64,000 bases of DNA from contig CBDBCY010000004.1 of NCBI GenBank assembly GCA_965203555.1, forward strand, positions 136,961 through 200,960, read 5' to 3'. The notes under the pieces are model-generated. The model did not search any database. It was not told the origin of the DNA and was given only the letters and a program-made list of their open reading frames with translations. Made by a program: the position numbers and the translations under genes. The stretch's first letter is position 1. Each line of letters opens with the position of its first letter. This DNA comes from Acidimicrobiia bacterium (lineage in GTDB: Bacteria > Actinomycetota > Acidimicrobiia > Spongiisociales > ZC4RG35). Positions 51,877 to 62,929 of this stretch are shown here, piece after piece.

Positions 51877-52937
51877 AGCCTGCTGATTTTCCTCTCGCTC
51901 TCGCTTACGACGACGTGTTGCTGGTGCCCCGCCGCTCGTCGGTGGGCTCCCGGCAGGAGGTAAGCCTGGCCACCCGACTGAGCCGCCGCCTCGACCTGGG
52001 GATACCGGTTATCGCCGCCAACATGGACACGGTGTGCGAGGCCGAAATGGCGGTGGCCATGGCACAGATGGGAGGCGTGGGGATCATTCATCGGTTCTTG
52101 CCGGTGGAGGATCACGCCCGGGAAGTGGAGAAGGTTAAAGAGGTCGGAGAGGACCTGCTGGTGGGCGCAGCTTTGGGAGTGGGAGAGGGCATGACCCGCC
52201 GCGCCAAGAATTGTGTGGCCGCCGGGGTGGATATTCTTGTTCTGGACATCGCCCACGGGCACGCCGAGCATGCTCTCCGGGCGGTGCGGGTTTTGAAGAA
52301 TGAGTTTGCGGAGGTGGACCTGATCGCCGGAAACATCGCCACGGGACAGGGGGCGATCGACTTGGTGAAAGCGGGAGCGGACGCCGTGAAGGTAGGAGTG
52401 GGTCCGGGAGGGGTGTGTACCACCCGGGTGGTGACCGGGGTGGGGGTTCCGCAGGTCAGCGCCCTTTACGATGTGGTGAAATCGGGGGTGGAAGCGCCTA
52501 TCATCGCCGACGGAGGGATCCGGGCCGGCGGTGACATAGCCAAGGCGCTGGCGTTGGGGGCCGACTCGGTGATGATAGGCAGCCTGCTTGCCGGCACCCG
52601 GGAAAGCCCTGGCGAAGTTGAAGAGACTTCGACCGGTCCGATCAAGCGGGTCCGGGGAATGGCGTCGTTGGAGGCGGCGGTGCTGCGGGCCGCTCGTCGG
52701 GGCGCTGAGCTCGATGACGAGTATTTCGAACACCGTTCCCCGGAAGGAATCGAACGCACAGTGGCATACCGGGGAACTGCGGCGGAGGTGATACGGTCGC
52801 TGATGGGTGGGGTGCGAAGCGCCATGAGCTATTTGGGGGCCACCGATCTGGATACCTTCCAACGCAACGCCCGTTTCGTGAGAACCACGCCCGCCGGAGT
52901 GGCGGAGAGTCATCCTCACGCTTCCTCTGGTAGCTAG
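51873..52937 (+). CDS. IMP dehydrogenase/GMP reductase family protein lacking the CBS subdomain (GuaB3-like)
   Basis: 354 aa IMPDH barrel ([17 protein letters not shown]-like region [11 protein letters not shown]) with no CBS insert. Confidence 0.7.
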   Translation: MKPADFPLALAYDDVLLVPRRSSVGSRQEVSLATRLSRRLDLGIPVIAANMDTVCEAEMAVAMAQMGGVGIIHRFLPVEDHAREVEKVKEVGEDLLVGAALGVGEGMTRRAKNCVAAGVDILVLDIAHGHAEHALRAVRVLKNEFAEVDLIAGNIATGQGAIDLVKAGADAVKVGVGPGGVCTTRVVTGVGVPQVSALYDVVKSGVEAPIIADGGIRAGGDIAKALALGADSVMIGSLLAGTRESPGEVEETSTGPIKRVRGMASLEAAVLRAARRGAELDDEYFEHRSPEGIERTVAYRGTAAEVIRSLMGGVRSAMSYLGATDLDTFQRNARFVRTTPAGVAESHPHASSGS

Positions 52938-52943
52938 GGGTTT

Positions 52944-53549
52944 ATGCGGGAACTGGAGGAGTTGGGCGCCCGGGCGAGGGTGTGCACCGACTGCCGGCTG
53001 TCCCGAAGCCGCACCAAGGTGGTGTTCGGAGTGGGCCGACCTGATGCACAGGTCATGATGGTGGGAGAGGCGCCGGGAAAGAATGAGGACCTCCAGGGCG
53101 AACCCTTTGTGGGAGCGGCCGGAAACCTTCTGAACGGGCTGCTGGCGGAGGTGGGAATGCGCCGGCAGGATGTCTACATCGCCAACGTGCTGAAGTGCCG
53201 TCCCCCCAACAATCGCGACCCGCGGCCCGACGAGATATCGGCCTGCAAGGGGTACTTGCGCCGGCAACTTGATCTGGTGGATCCCGAGGTGGTGATGACC
53301 CTGGGGAATTTCGCCACCCAACTTCTGTTACGCACCACCACCGGCATCAGCCGGATGCGGGGACGCAGCTACAAATGGTGGAGGGACAAGATCGTGATAC
53401 CGACTTTCCATCCGGCAGCCGCGCTGCGAGGCGGCGAGCGGGTGACCAACCAGATCCGTGAAGACTTGGCATTGATGAGATCGGTTCTGGACTCCCTGGA
53501 CACCGGGGAGGGAATTGAATCCGAACCGGAGCAGTTGGGCCTGTTCTGA
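52944..53549 (+). CDS. Uracil-DNA glycosylase, family 4
   Basis: MMVGEAPGKNEDLQGEPFVGAAG...NVLKCRPP. Confidence 0.85.
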   Translation: MRELEELGARARVCTDCRLSRSRTKVVFGVGRPDAQVMMVGEAPGKNEDLQGEPFVGAAGNLLNGLLAEVGMRRQDVYIANVLKCRPPNNRDPRPDEISACKGYLRRQLDLVDPEVVMTLGNFATQLLLRTTTGISRMRGRSYKWWRDKIVIPTFHPAAALRGGERVTNQIREDLALMRSVLDSLDTGEGIESEPEQLGLF

Positions 53550-54004
53550 TGACTATCCGGGTGGCTTGTCCCACCGCTGAACACACCTATGCGGTGGCGA
53601 CGCGTCTGGCGCCCCTGCTTCGGGCAGGAGATGTGATCGCTCTTTCCGGCCCGCTGGGATGTGGAAAGACGCTGTTCACCGGTGGGTTGGCTGCCGCTTT
53701 GGGAGTGGATGGCCCGGTTCCCAGTCCTACTTTCGTGTTGGCCCGCCACTACGACGACGGGTTCCTCCCGCTGGTGCACGTGGATGTCTACCGGCTGGGC
53801 TCTTACAACGAATTCTTGGACCTGGGCGTGCTGGACGCAGCCTCCGAAGGGGTGTTGGTTGTGGAGTGGGGAGAAGCGGTGGAGTCGCTGCTTCCGGAGC
53901 ATCTCTTGATCCGCTTCGTCGTGACCGAAGATGGAGAGCGAGTGCTGTTCTTGCAGGCGCCCCCTTCCTGGAAGTCCCGGCCGCTTCGGGAGGTGGCCAT
54001 ATGA
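53549..54004 (+). CDS. tsaE: tRNA t6A37 biosynthesis protein TsaE
   Basis: LSGPLGCGKT P-loop, about 150 aa, precedes tsaB. Confidence 0.85.
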   Translation: MTIRVACPTAEHTYAVATRLAPLLRAGDVIALSGPLGCGKTLFTGGLAAALGVDGPVPSPTFVLARHYDDGFLPLVHVDVYRLGSYNEFLDLGVLDAASEGVLVVEWGEAVESLLPEHLLIRFVVTEDGERVLFLQAPPSWKSRPLREVAI

Positions 54005-54714
54005 AGATAGCGGCAATCACCACCTCCACCCCGGCCTCCTCGGTGGCGCTGGTCGAAGGTCGTCGGGTGGTTTCTTCGGCGGAAAACGTCAATTCCCGGG
54101 GGCATGCCGGCTTTGTGGTGGCCGCCCTGGACTTCTGCGCCCGATCCGCCGGCTGGGCGCCGGAAGAGATAGAGTCGGTGGTGGTGGACGTGGGCCCGGG
54201 TCTCTACACCGGCATCAGGGTGGGAATCTCGGTGGCCCAGGGAATAGGCGCTTCGGTGGGCGCCCAGGTGGCGCCGGCCAGTTCCCTGGATGCGTTGGCC
54301 CTTAGGGCCGCTACCGGGCACAGACGGATTTTCGCAGTGGTGGACGTCCGTCGCCGGGAGGTGGCGGTGGCCGGCTACCGTCCGGTTCCGGGCGGAGTGA
54401 TGCGCGATCATCCGGTGGAGTTGACCACTGCGGAGCGGTTCCTGGCGATGCTCAGCACCGTTAGAGAGCAGATCCTGCTGGTAGGCGACACCGCGGCGTT
54501 GGGACAGGGGGCTATGGCCGGCTTGCAGGGGGTCCGGGTGGGCAGGCCTCGCTATCCAACCGCCGAGGCGATTGCCGAGGCCGGTCTGGGAATTCTGGAA
54601 CGAGGAGAGGCGCCCCATCCCGACGCGGTCCGACCCAAATACCTACGAGAGGCCGACGTCAACATCAATTGGGACCGTCTGCGCTCCCCGTTCAAATGGA
54701 AGGAGCGAGAATGA
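54001..54714 (+). CDS. tsaB: tRNA t6A37 biosynthesis protein TsaB
   Basis: ATG at 54001 (ATGA overlap); MKIAAITTST; inactive Kae1 paralog fold. Confidence 0.85.
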   Translation: MKIAAITTSTPASSVALVEGRRVVSSAENVNSRGHAGFVVAALDFCARSAGWAPEEIESVVVDVGPGLYTGIRVGISVAQGIGASVGAQVAPASSLDALALRAATGHRRIFAVVDVRRREVAVAGYRPVPGGVMRDHPVELTTAERFLAMLSTVREQILLVGDTAALGQGAMAGLQGVRVGRPRYPTAEAIAEAGLGILERGEAPHPDAVRPKYLREADVNINWDRLRSPFKWKERE

Positions 54715-55196
54715 TCGAGATCGTTCCCCTGACCGCCGATCGGCTGGACGAGGTGGTGGAGATCGAACGGAGGGTCTATCCGACGCCATGGAGCGAGGAG
54801 ACGTTCCTGGAAGAACTGGCCGCTCCCCGTCGCATCTACCTGGTGGCTCTACTGGAAGGAGAGGTGGTCGGATACGCCGGGATGATGTTGGTTGCGGACG
54901 AGGCGCATGTCACTACCGTGGTCACCGAGCCACAGCGGCGCAGGGAACGTGTGGCTACTCGACTGATGTTGCGCCTTGCCCACCGGGCGGTGCAGTCGAG
55001 AGCGCGCAGTCTCACATTGGAGGTGCGTTCTTCCAACAAAGGCGCCCAAGCCCTGTATCGGCGCTTCGGGATGGCGCCGGTGGGAGTGCGAAAGAAGTAC
55101 TACGTCTCCGAGGACGCGCTGATCATGTGGGTTCACGATATTGACGGTCCCGACTTTCAGGCACGGCTGGACGAAATCGCGGCGGGTCTGCGATGA
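54711..55196 (+). CDS. rimI: Ribosomal-protein-alanine N-acetyltransferase (GNAT)
   Basis: ATG at 54711; GNAT motifs. Sits between tsaB and tsaD as in Actinobacteria. Confidence 0.82.
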   Translation: MIEIVPLTADRLDEVVEIERRVYPTPWSEETFLEELAAPRRIYLVALLEGEVVGYAGMMLVADEAHVTTVVTEPQRRRERVATRLMLRLAHRAVQSRARSLTLEVRSSNKGAQALYRRFGMAPVGVRKKYYVSEDALIMWVHDIDGPDFQARLDEIAAGLR

Positions 55197-56203
55197 GCGG
55201 GCTGATCCTGGCGTTCGAGACCAGTTGCGACGAGACCGGGGTGGCCGTGGTCGAGGGTAACCGGGCCCTTTCCAACGTGCTCTCCTCCCAGGTGGAGTTG
55301 CATGCCCGGTTCGGCGGGGTGGTTCCCGAAGTGGCGGCCCGTTCCCATGTGGAGGCGATCCGCGGTCTGGCCCATCGAGCCCTGCTCGAAGCCGGGGTGC
55401 ATCTGAACGAACTGGAGGCGGTGGCGGCCACCCAGGGACCGGGTCTGGTGGGCGCGCTCCTGGTGGGTCATTCCTTCGCCAAAGCGTTGGCCTGGTCCCG
55501 TCGATTGCCCTTTCTTGGAATCGACCACATGGAGGGGCATCTCTTCTCGCCCCGTCTGGAGTTCCCCGACTACCGGCCGCCGGCGGTGGTGCTGCTGGCG
55601 TCCGGAGGGCACACCCAGTTGGTCCATATGCGAGGCTGGGGCGACTATCAGGTGTTGGGGGAAACGATCGACGACGCCGCCGGAGAGGCATTCGACAAAC
55701 TGGCCCGGGTGATGGGAATGGGATTTCCGGGGGGTCCGGCCATTGATCGGGCTTCCGAACATGGGGATCCCAAAGCGATACGCTTTCCTCGCGCCATGCC
55801 GCACCGTCGTCACCACTTTTCCTTCTCGGGTTTGAAGACGTCTGTGATCACCTACCTGGAAAAGGCGGCTCGCCAAGGTGCACTCCCTGATCGGGCAGAT
55901 GTCGCCGCCTCCATCCAGGAGGCCATTGTGGATGTGCTGGTCCGAAAGACGCTCAATGCGGTGGAGGACACCGGGGCAAGGGTGATCGGCGCCGGGGGCG
56001 GAGTGCTGGCCAACCGGCGCCTTCGGCATAAACTCACCGAAGCTGCTCACCAGAGAGGATTGGAGTTGTACCTGCCCTCTCCGAAACTGTGCGTCGACAA
56101 TGGCGCGATGATTGGCGCGGCCGCAGTTTTTCGCATGGAGCGAGGGGAGATAACCTCTTGGGGAGCGGGCGTCGATCCCGGCCTGCGACTGGGGCCCGGG
56201 TAG
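55193..56203 (+). CDS. tsaD: tRNA N6-adenosine threonylcarbamoyltransferase TsaD
   Basis: LAFETSCDETGVAVV plus the Kae1/Gcp HxxH metal site. Confidence 0.92.
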   Translation: MSGLILAFETSCDETGVAVVEGNRALSNVLSSQVELHARFGGVVPEVAARSHVEAIRGLAHRALLEAGVHLNELEAVAATQGPGLVGALLVGHSFAKALAWSRRLPFLGIDHMEGHLFSPRLEFPDYRPPAVVLLASGGHTQLVHMRGWGDYQVLGETIDDAAGEAFDKLARVMGMGFPGGPAIDRASEHGDPKAIRFPRAMPHRRHHFSFSGLKTSVITYLEKAARQGALPDRADVAASIQEAIVDVLVRKTLNAVEDTGARVIGAGGGVLANRRLRHKLTEAAHQRGLELYLPSPKLCVDNGAMIGAAAVFRMERGEITSWGAGVDPGLRLGPG

Positions 56204-56229
56204 GCGGCTCAGCCTCGTTCCCATCCTGA

Positions 56230-56256
56230 TTAGCACTCTCCATCCGAGAGTGCTAA
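56230..56256 (+). promoter_or_regulatory. CIRCE operator (HrcA binding site) upstream of groES
   Basis: TTAGCACTC-N9-GAGTGCTAA is a perfect match to the CIRCE consensus, 74 nt upstream of the groES ATG. Confidence 0.9.
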
Positions 56257-56329
56257 CATAGACGGGTATCTGGGAAGGTCTCTCCTAGCAGATGGCTTTC
56301 CCGTTCAGTCCAGAAAGGAAGGAGCCACT

Positions 56330-56620
56330 ATGAGGCTGGTGCCTCTTGGTGATCGGGTGGTCGTGGAACCCGACGAGGATCAGGATATGAGAACCCCGTC
56401 AGGTCTGGTTATTCCCGATACAGCCAAGGAAAAGCCCCAAATGGGGAAAGTAGTAGCGGTAGGTCCCGGTCGGCGGAATGACGACGGAGAGCGGACGCCG
56501 GTGGATGTGAGCGAGGGCGACAAAGTCCTCTATTCCAAGTACGGCGGTACCGAGGTGAAGATCGATGGGATCGAATACCTGGTGCTCTCTGCCAACGATC
56601 TGCTGGCCGTGGTCAAGTAG
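56330..56620 (+). CDS. groES: Co-chaperonin GroES
   Basis: 96 aa, GroES mobile loop, AGGAAGGAG RBS. Confidence 0.95.
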   Translation: MRLVPLGDRVVVEPDEDQDMRTPSGLVIPDTAKEKPQMGKVVAVGPGRRNDDGERTPVDVSEGDKVLYSKYGGTEVKIDGIEYLVLSANDLLAVVK

Positions 56621-56636
56621 TTCAGGGAGGCAGTGA

Positions 56637-58277
<1,641 letters not shown>

Positions 58278-58306
58278 TCCAACCGACTGAAACCTCTACA
58301 ACCGGA

Positions 58307-58345
58307 GAAGGGACCCTTGCCGCAGCGAGGGTCCCTTTCCTGTAC
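58307..58345 (+). terminator. Rho-independent terminator after groEL
   Basis: GGGACCC-(12 nt loop)-GGGTCCC stem followed by TTTCCTGTACTTCT. Confidence 0.6.
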
Positions 58346-58443
58346 TTCTGGGAGTTGGAGGGGAAACTCCACCGGTGGCCGATCAACTTACCGCAGCATT
58401 AAGATATGCAGACCAAGACTATTTCTGGTTGGAGGATACGTCT

Positions 58444-59085
58444 ATGAGTCACCGTTTAGTGGTGACCCTGTTGGCATTGGGCCTTTGGGGATGTCAGAAT
58501 CCAGATACCGATGCAATGTCGGCATCATACAATTATCAGCCAGCTGTGAGAATCCAAGATACCGAGATTCTTATAGAGGACCAAGATACTGGCCCGGTTA
58601 TAGAGAGGTTACATGCAGATGGGTTTGACGGGAGCACTAGTGACGGAATAACGCTTAGACCAAATAACAATAGGTATTACTTCATGACCTTTGTCTGCCG
58701 AAGAACAAAGGAAGGTACGCCGGAGTTTGGTTTAAGCTTTGAAGTGGGCCGGTCTTTTGAGTCTGATGAAGTGCAGGTAACAATCAGAATTGGTAATAAT
58801 CAGCCTGTTACTGAAACATGGCAAATCAGAGGTGAGTCTAACTGGTGGGCGAGTCCACCAAGAGATGCTGACGTTGTCAGGTGGGTAGGAAGAATTATCA
58901 AGGCAAATAATCGGAAGATCGAAGTGTGGATCAAGGAAGCCGGTGACACCGCCGATCTGAAAACGTATACATTTCGCTTCGAGAATCGTGGTCCGGAGTT
59001 CGAGGAAGTAGGCCGATTCATCAAATCGGAACATGGCTGCGGCCATCCGATACTGGTTCGGCAGATCAATGAAAGTCCTGAATAG
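58444..59085 (+). CDS. Predicted lipoprotein of unknown function (low-GC island)
   Basis: ATG at 58444 gives MSHRLVVTLLALGLWGC with a lipobox (LWGC). The mature part has no recognisable motif. GC is far below neighbours. The track ORF extends to GTG 58375. Confidence 0.6.
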   Translation: MSHRLVVTLLALGLWGCQNPDTDAMSASYNYQPAVRIQDTEILIEDQDTGPVIERLHADGFDGSTSDGITLRPNNNRYYFMTFVCRRTKEGTPEFGLSFEVGRSFESDEVQVTIRIGNNQPVTETWQIRGESNWWASPPRDADVVRWVGRIIKANNRKIEVWIKEAGDTADLKTYTFRFENRGPEFEEVGRFIKSEHGCGHPILVRQINESPE

Positions 59086-59090
59086 GTGGT

Positions 59091-60137
59091 GTGCCGTTGA
59101 TGGAGCGAATCCGGGAGAGAACCCCGGTCACCTTTGAAGTCTTTATGGACATGGCTCTTTACGGAACAGAGGGAGGTTACTTTCGAGCGGGGATGTTGCG
59201 ATCGGTAAAATCAGGTGACTTTCTTACCAGTCCCGAGGTGAGTTCGCTGTTTGGACAGACTCTGGCGGAGTTTGTTGGCCGGGAAGCACGGCGGGGTTGT
59301 CTTTCCCGGCCTTTAGTGGTGGATGTGGGAGCAGGGTCGGGGTCCCTCCTGCGTCCCTTGGAGGAGGTCATGCGACCGAACGTGGATCCCTGGGCGGTGG
59401 AGGTTTCACCTCCAGCCCGCCAAGCTCTTGCGGAAGTAATCGGTGAGCGGCGGGTAGTGACGGATCTGGAGGAGTTGCCAGAGAGGATCCATGGAGTGAT
59501 CTTTGCCAACGAACTTCTGGACAATCTGCCCATGGCGCTGGCCCGTAAGACCTCAAGAGGCTGGCGGGAGCTTTGGGTGGGAGACCAAGGAGGAAGACTG
59601 GAGTGGTTTGAAGAACCCCTCCGCCCGGAAGTGGAGAAGTGGTTGAAGAGATTCGCCGGGCCTGTGCCGGAAGGAGGCATGGTCGAAGTGCAACTCAAGG
59701 CTTGCCAGTGGATCAGGGACGCCTTGGCTCGATTGGAATCCGGAGCATTGGTGGTGATCGACTATGGCGACACGGCAGAGGGGTTGGAGAATCGGCGAGC
59801 CGAGGGGACGCTGCGAACATATCGGGACCATCATCTCGGCCCGCATCCGCTGGCGGAGCCGGGCCAAACGGACATCACGGCCGATGTGAACTTCACCGCG
59901 GTGATGGAAGCGGCCCGGGAAGCGGGGGCCTCGGTGACCCTGCTTCGGCAGGATGAATTCTTGGAGGATCTGGGTCTGGGGGAGCGGATCGAGGAACTCC
60001 GCCGCCAGGAAGTCGAGCTTGCCCGATCAGGCGATGAACTGCGTCGTTTGCAGGTCCGGTCGCTTCGTACCGGCGCCCAGACACTTATGCACCCCCGCGG
60101 GCTGGGAGATTTCCGGGTACTGATAGCGCGCCGATAG
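59091..60137 (+). CDS. Class I SAM-dependent methyltransferase (DUF185/MidA-like)
   Basis: VVDVGAGSGSL (motif I) and an overall MidA/NDUFAF7-like layout. Confidence 0.7.
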   Translation: MPLMERIRERTPVTFEVFMDMALYGTEGGYFRAGMLRSVKSGDFLTSPEVSSLFGQTLAEFVGREARRGCLSRPLVVDVGAGSGSLLRPLEEVMRPNVDPWAVEVSPPARQALAEVIGERRVVTDLEELPERIHGVIFANELLDNLPMALARKTSRGWRELWVGDQGGRLEWFEEPLRPEVEKWLKRFAGPVPEGGMVEVQLKACQWIRDALARLESGALVVIDYGDTAEGLENRRAEGTLRTYRDHHLGPHPLAEPGQTDITADVNFTAVMEAAREAGASVTLLRQDEFLEDLGLGERIEELRRQEVELARSGDELRRLQVRSLRTGAQTLMHPRGLGDFRVLIARR

Positions 60138-60158
60138 CGTATAAACTCCGGATCACTC

Positions 60159-61016
60159 ATGAACAACGTAAAGACCGTGGTGTTGCTGACGCTGCTCACG
60201 CTGCTCTTCTGGTGGCTGGGTGTCACCCTCTTTCCCAACGGAGGGTTCTGGATAGGACTGGCCTTGGCGGCGCTCATCAACCTGGGCGCCTATTTCTTCT
60301 CCTCCAAACTCGCCCTGATGGCGAGCCGCGCCCGCCCGGTGTCCGAGGAGGAACTTCCCCAGGTCTACGGCACGGTGCGCATGCTGACCGACTATTCCAA
60401 CATGCCGATGCCCCGCATCTACCTGATCGACTCTCCCCAGCCCAACGCCTTCGCCACCGGGCGCAGTCCCAAGCACGGGGTGGTGGCGGTCACCACCGGG
60501 CTGCTGCGGATCATGGATCGGCGTGAATTGGAAGGGGTGCTGGCGCATGAGCTTTCCCATATCCGCAACCGGGACATCCTGATCTCCTCGGTGGCGGCGA
60601 TGCTGGCGTCCGCCCTGGTCATGATGTCCCGGATGGCCTTCTGGTTCGGCGGAGGGCGCGACCGGAACAACCAGGTGGGAGCGATCATCGCCTTGGTGGC
60701 GATGATCCTGGCGCCCATTGCGGCCATCCTGATCAGAATGGCCATCTCCCGCTCCCGGGAGTACCAGGCGGACCGGACCGGCGCCGAGATCACCGGGCAG
60801 CCGCTGGCGCTGGCGTCGGCCCTGAGCAAGATCGGAATCGCCGCGGAGCGCATCCCCATGCGGGTCAACGACGCGTTCAGCCAGCTCTACATCGAAAATC
60901 CCCTCAAAAGCAACTTCCGTCGGGGAGGAGGGGGTGTCATGAAGCTCATCTCCACCCATCCGCCTATCGAGGACCGGATCCGGCGCCTCGAAAAGATGGC
61001 CGACCCCTTCTCCTGA
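60159..61016 (+). CDS. htpX: Zinc metalloprotease HtpX
   Basis: HELSHIRNRD (HExxH), 4 TM segments, about 285 aa. Confidence 0.9.
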   Translation: MNNVKTVVLLTLLTLLFWWLGVTLFPNGGFWIGLALAALINLGAYFFSSKLALMASRARPVSEEELPQVYGTVRMLTDYSNMPMPRIYLIDSPQPNAFATGRSPKHGVVAVTTGLLRIMDRRELEGVLAHELSHIRNRDILISSVAAMLASALVMMSRMAFWFGGGRDRNNQVGAIIALVAMILAPIAAILIRMAISRSREYQADRTGAEITGQPLALASALSKIGIAAERIPMRVNDAFSQLYIENPLKSNFRRGGGGVMKLISTHPPIEDRIRRLEKMADPFS

Positions 61017-61103
61017 GACCGGTGATCACCCCCTGGGGAGAATAGGAATGCGGATTCGGAGCGGGACGCGCTAAGATATCCCATTCGGGAAAGCCTTAAC
61101 CAG

Positions 61104-61187
61104 GCCGGGATACCCAAGCGGCCAAAGGGAGCAGACTGTAAATCTGCCGGCGATGCCTTCGGAGGTTCAAATCCTTCTCCCGGCACC
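61104..61187 (+). tRNA. tRNA-Tyr (anticodon GTA), long variable arm
   Basis: Acceptor gccggga/tcccggc; anticodon loop CTGTAAA; T-loop GGTTCAAATCC. Confidence 0.85.
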
Positions 61188-61209
61188 GGCTTTCCCGCAA
61201 AGACCAAGC

Positions 61210-61283
61210 GCCCCCTTAGCTCAGACGGCCAGAGCGCCTCCATGGTAAGGAGGAGGTCTCCGGTTCGAATCCGGAAGGGGGCT
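61210..61283 (+). tRNA. tRNA-Thr (anticodon GGT)
   Basis: Acceptor gccccct/agggggc; D-arm GCTCAGACGGCCAGAGC; anticodon loop ATGGTAA; T-loop GGTTCGAATCC. Confidence 0.85.
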
Positions 61284-61315
61284 CCCCCGTGCGGCCCGCG
61301 CCGACTACGGGTAAA

Positions 61316-61389
61316 GGCGGCGTAGCTCAGTTGGTAAGAGCGCTCGACTCATAATCGAGAGGTCGGCAGTTCAAGTCTGCCCGCCGCTA
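61316..61389 (+). tRNA. tRNA-Met, elongator type (anticodon CAT)
   Basis: Acceptor ggcggcg/cgccgct; D-arm GCTCAGTTGGTAAGAGC; anticodon loop CTCATAA; T-loop AGTTCAAGTCT. No initiator features. Confidence 0.85.
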
Positions 61390-61420
61390 CATGGAACCAA
61401 AGACAGCTATCGATAAATAC

Positions 61421-62648
61421 AGAAATGGGGGTGTTTGGTTGTGGGTAAGGTGAGGTTTGAGCGGGTGAAGCCGCATTTGAATGTGGGTACTATGGGTCAT
61501 ATTGATCATGGGAAGACTACGTTGACTGCTGCGATTACTAGGGTGTTGTCTGAGCGGGTTGGTGGGGTGAATGTGGTGACTGGGTTTGATGATATTGATC
61601 GTGCTCCTGAGGAGCGTGAGCGGGGTATTACGATTCAGATTGCGCATGTTGAGTATGAGACTGTTTTGCGTCATTATGCGCATGTGGATATGCCGGGGCA
61701 TGCGGATTATATTAAGAATATGATTACGGGGGCGGCTCAGGTGGATGGGGCGGTGTTGGTGGTGTCGGCGGTTGATGGTCCGATGCCGCAGACTCGTGAG
61801 CATGTGTTGTTGGCGCGGCAGGTGGGTGTGCCGCGGATTGTGGTGTTTTTGAATAAGTGTGATTTGGTGGATGATGGTGAGTTGTTGGATTTGGTGGAGT
61901 TGGAGGTTCGGGATTTGTTGACGGAGTATGAGTTTCCGGGTGATGATGTTCCGGTGGTGAGGGGTTCGGCGTTGTTGGCGTTGGAGGGTGATGTGGTGGC
62001 TGGTGATGGGGTTATGGAGTTGATGGATGCGGTTGATGGGTATGTTGATGTGCCGGTTCGGGATGTGGATCGTCCGTTTTTGATGCCGATTGAGGATGTG
62101 TTTTCGATTACTGGTCGGGGTACGGTGGTGACTGGTCGGGTTGAGCAGGGTGTGTTGCGGGTTGGTGAGGCGGTTGAGGTGGTTGGTTTGCGTGATACGC
62201 GTGGGTCGGTGGCTACTGGTGTGGAGATGTTTAGGAAGTTGTTGGATGAGGGTCGGGCTGGTGATAATGTGGGGGTGTTGTTGCGGGGGGTGGGGAAGTC
62301 GGAGGTGGAGCGTGGTCAGGTGTTGGCTGCTCCTGGGTCGATTTTGCCGCATGTGGGTTTTGAGGCGCAGGTGTATGTGTTGACGAAGGAGGAGGGGGGG
62401 AGGCATAATCCGTTTTTTTCGGGTTATCGTCCGCAGTTTTATTTTCGGACTACGGATGTGACGGGTTCGGTGTTGTTGCCTGTTGGGGTGCAGATGGTGA
62501 TGCCGGGTGATAATGTGGAGTTGTCGGTGGAGTTGATTGCTCCGATTGCGATGTCGGTGGGGTTGGATTTCGCGATTCGTGAGGGTGGTCGGACTGTGGG
62601 GGCGGGTCGGGTCACCAAGATCACCAAATAACCCCCCAAACCCAAAGA
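61421..62648 (+). repeat. 1.2-kb direct repeat (copy 2) containing the second tuf
   Basis: Identical to 25283-26508 except for the C-run length just past the stop. Confidence 0.9.
61441..62631 (+). CDS. tuf: Elongation factor Tu (copy 2, tufB-like position after the tRNA cluster). Protein identical to copy 1, with the same A/C-depleted G/T-ending codons.
   Basis: Nucleotide-identical to 25303-26493. Confidence 0.9.
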   Translation: MGKVRFERVKPHLNVGTMGHIDHGKTTLTAAITRVLSERVGGVNVVTGFDDIDRAPEERERGITIQIAHVEYETVLRHYAHVDMPGHADYIKNMITGAAQVDGAVLVVSAVDGPMPQTREHVLLARQVGVPRIVVFLNKCDLVDDGELLDLVELEVRDLLTEYEFPGDDVPVVRGSALLALEGDVVAGDGVMELMDAVDGYVDVPVRDVDRPFLMPIEDVFSITGRGTVVTGRVEQGVLRVGEAVEVVGLRDTRGSVATGVEMFRKLLDEGRAGDNVGVLLRGVGKSEVERGQVLAAPGSILPHVGFEAQVYVLTKEEGGRHNPFFSGYRPQFYFRTTDVTGSVLLPVGVQMVMPGDNVELSVELIAPIAMSVGLDFAIREGGRTVGAGRVTKITK

Positions 62649-62696
62649 CTGACGCCAATAGCGCAAGAAGCCAGGACGTAAGAAAGAAAGCAACCG

Positions 62697-62888
62697 ATGC
62701 CAAGTGACAAGAGACCCCCGGTGAAACTTGCCTGCACCGAGTGCAAGCGGCGCAACTACGTGACCACCCGCGGCAGGGCGAACCAGCACGACAAGGCGCA
62801 GCGCCGCAACCTCGTGCGAGGCCGGTTGGTGCTTCGCAAGTACTGTCGGTGGTGCCGCATTCACACTTCCCACCGGGAAACGCGATAG
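62697..62888 (+). CDS. rpmG: 50S ribosomal protein L33
   Basis: [54 protein letters not shown] (C4 zinc ribbon). Confidence 0.92.
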   Translation: MPSDKRPPVKLACTECKRRNYVTTRGRANQHDKAQRRNLVRGRLVLRKYCRWCRIHTSHRETR

Positions 62889-62929
62889 GCCAGGCCAAGG
62901 CGTCTGCTTCCAAGGGGGTGGCCGGCCAG

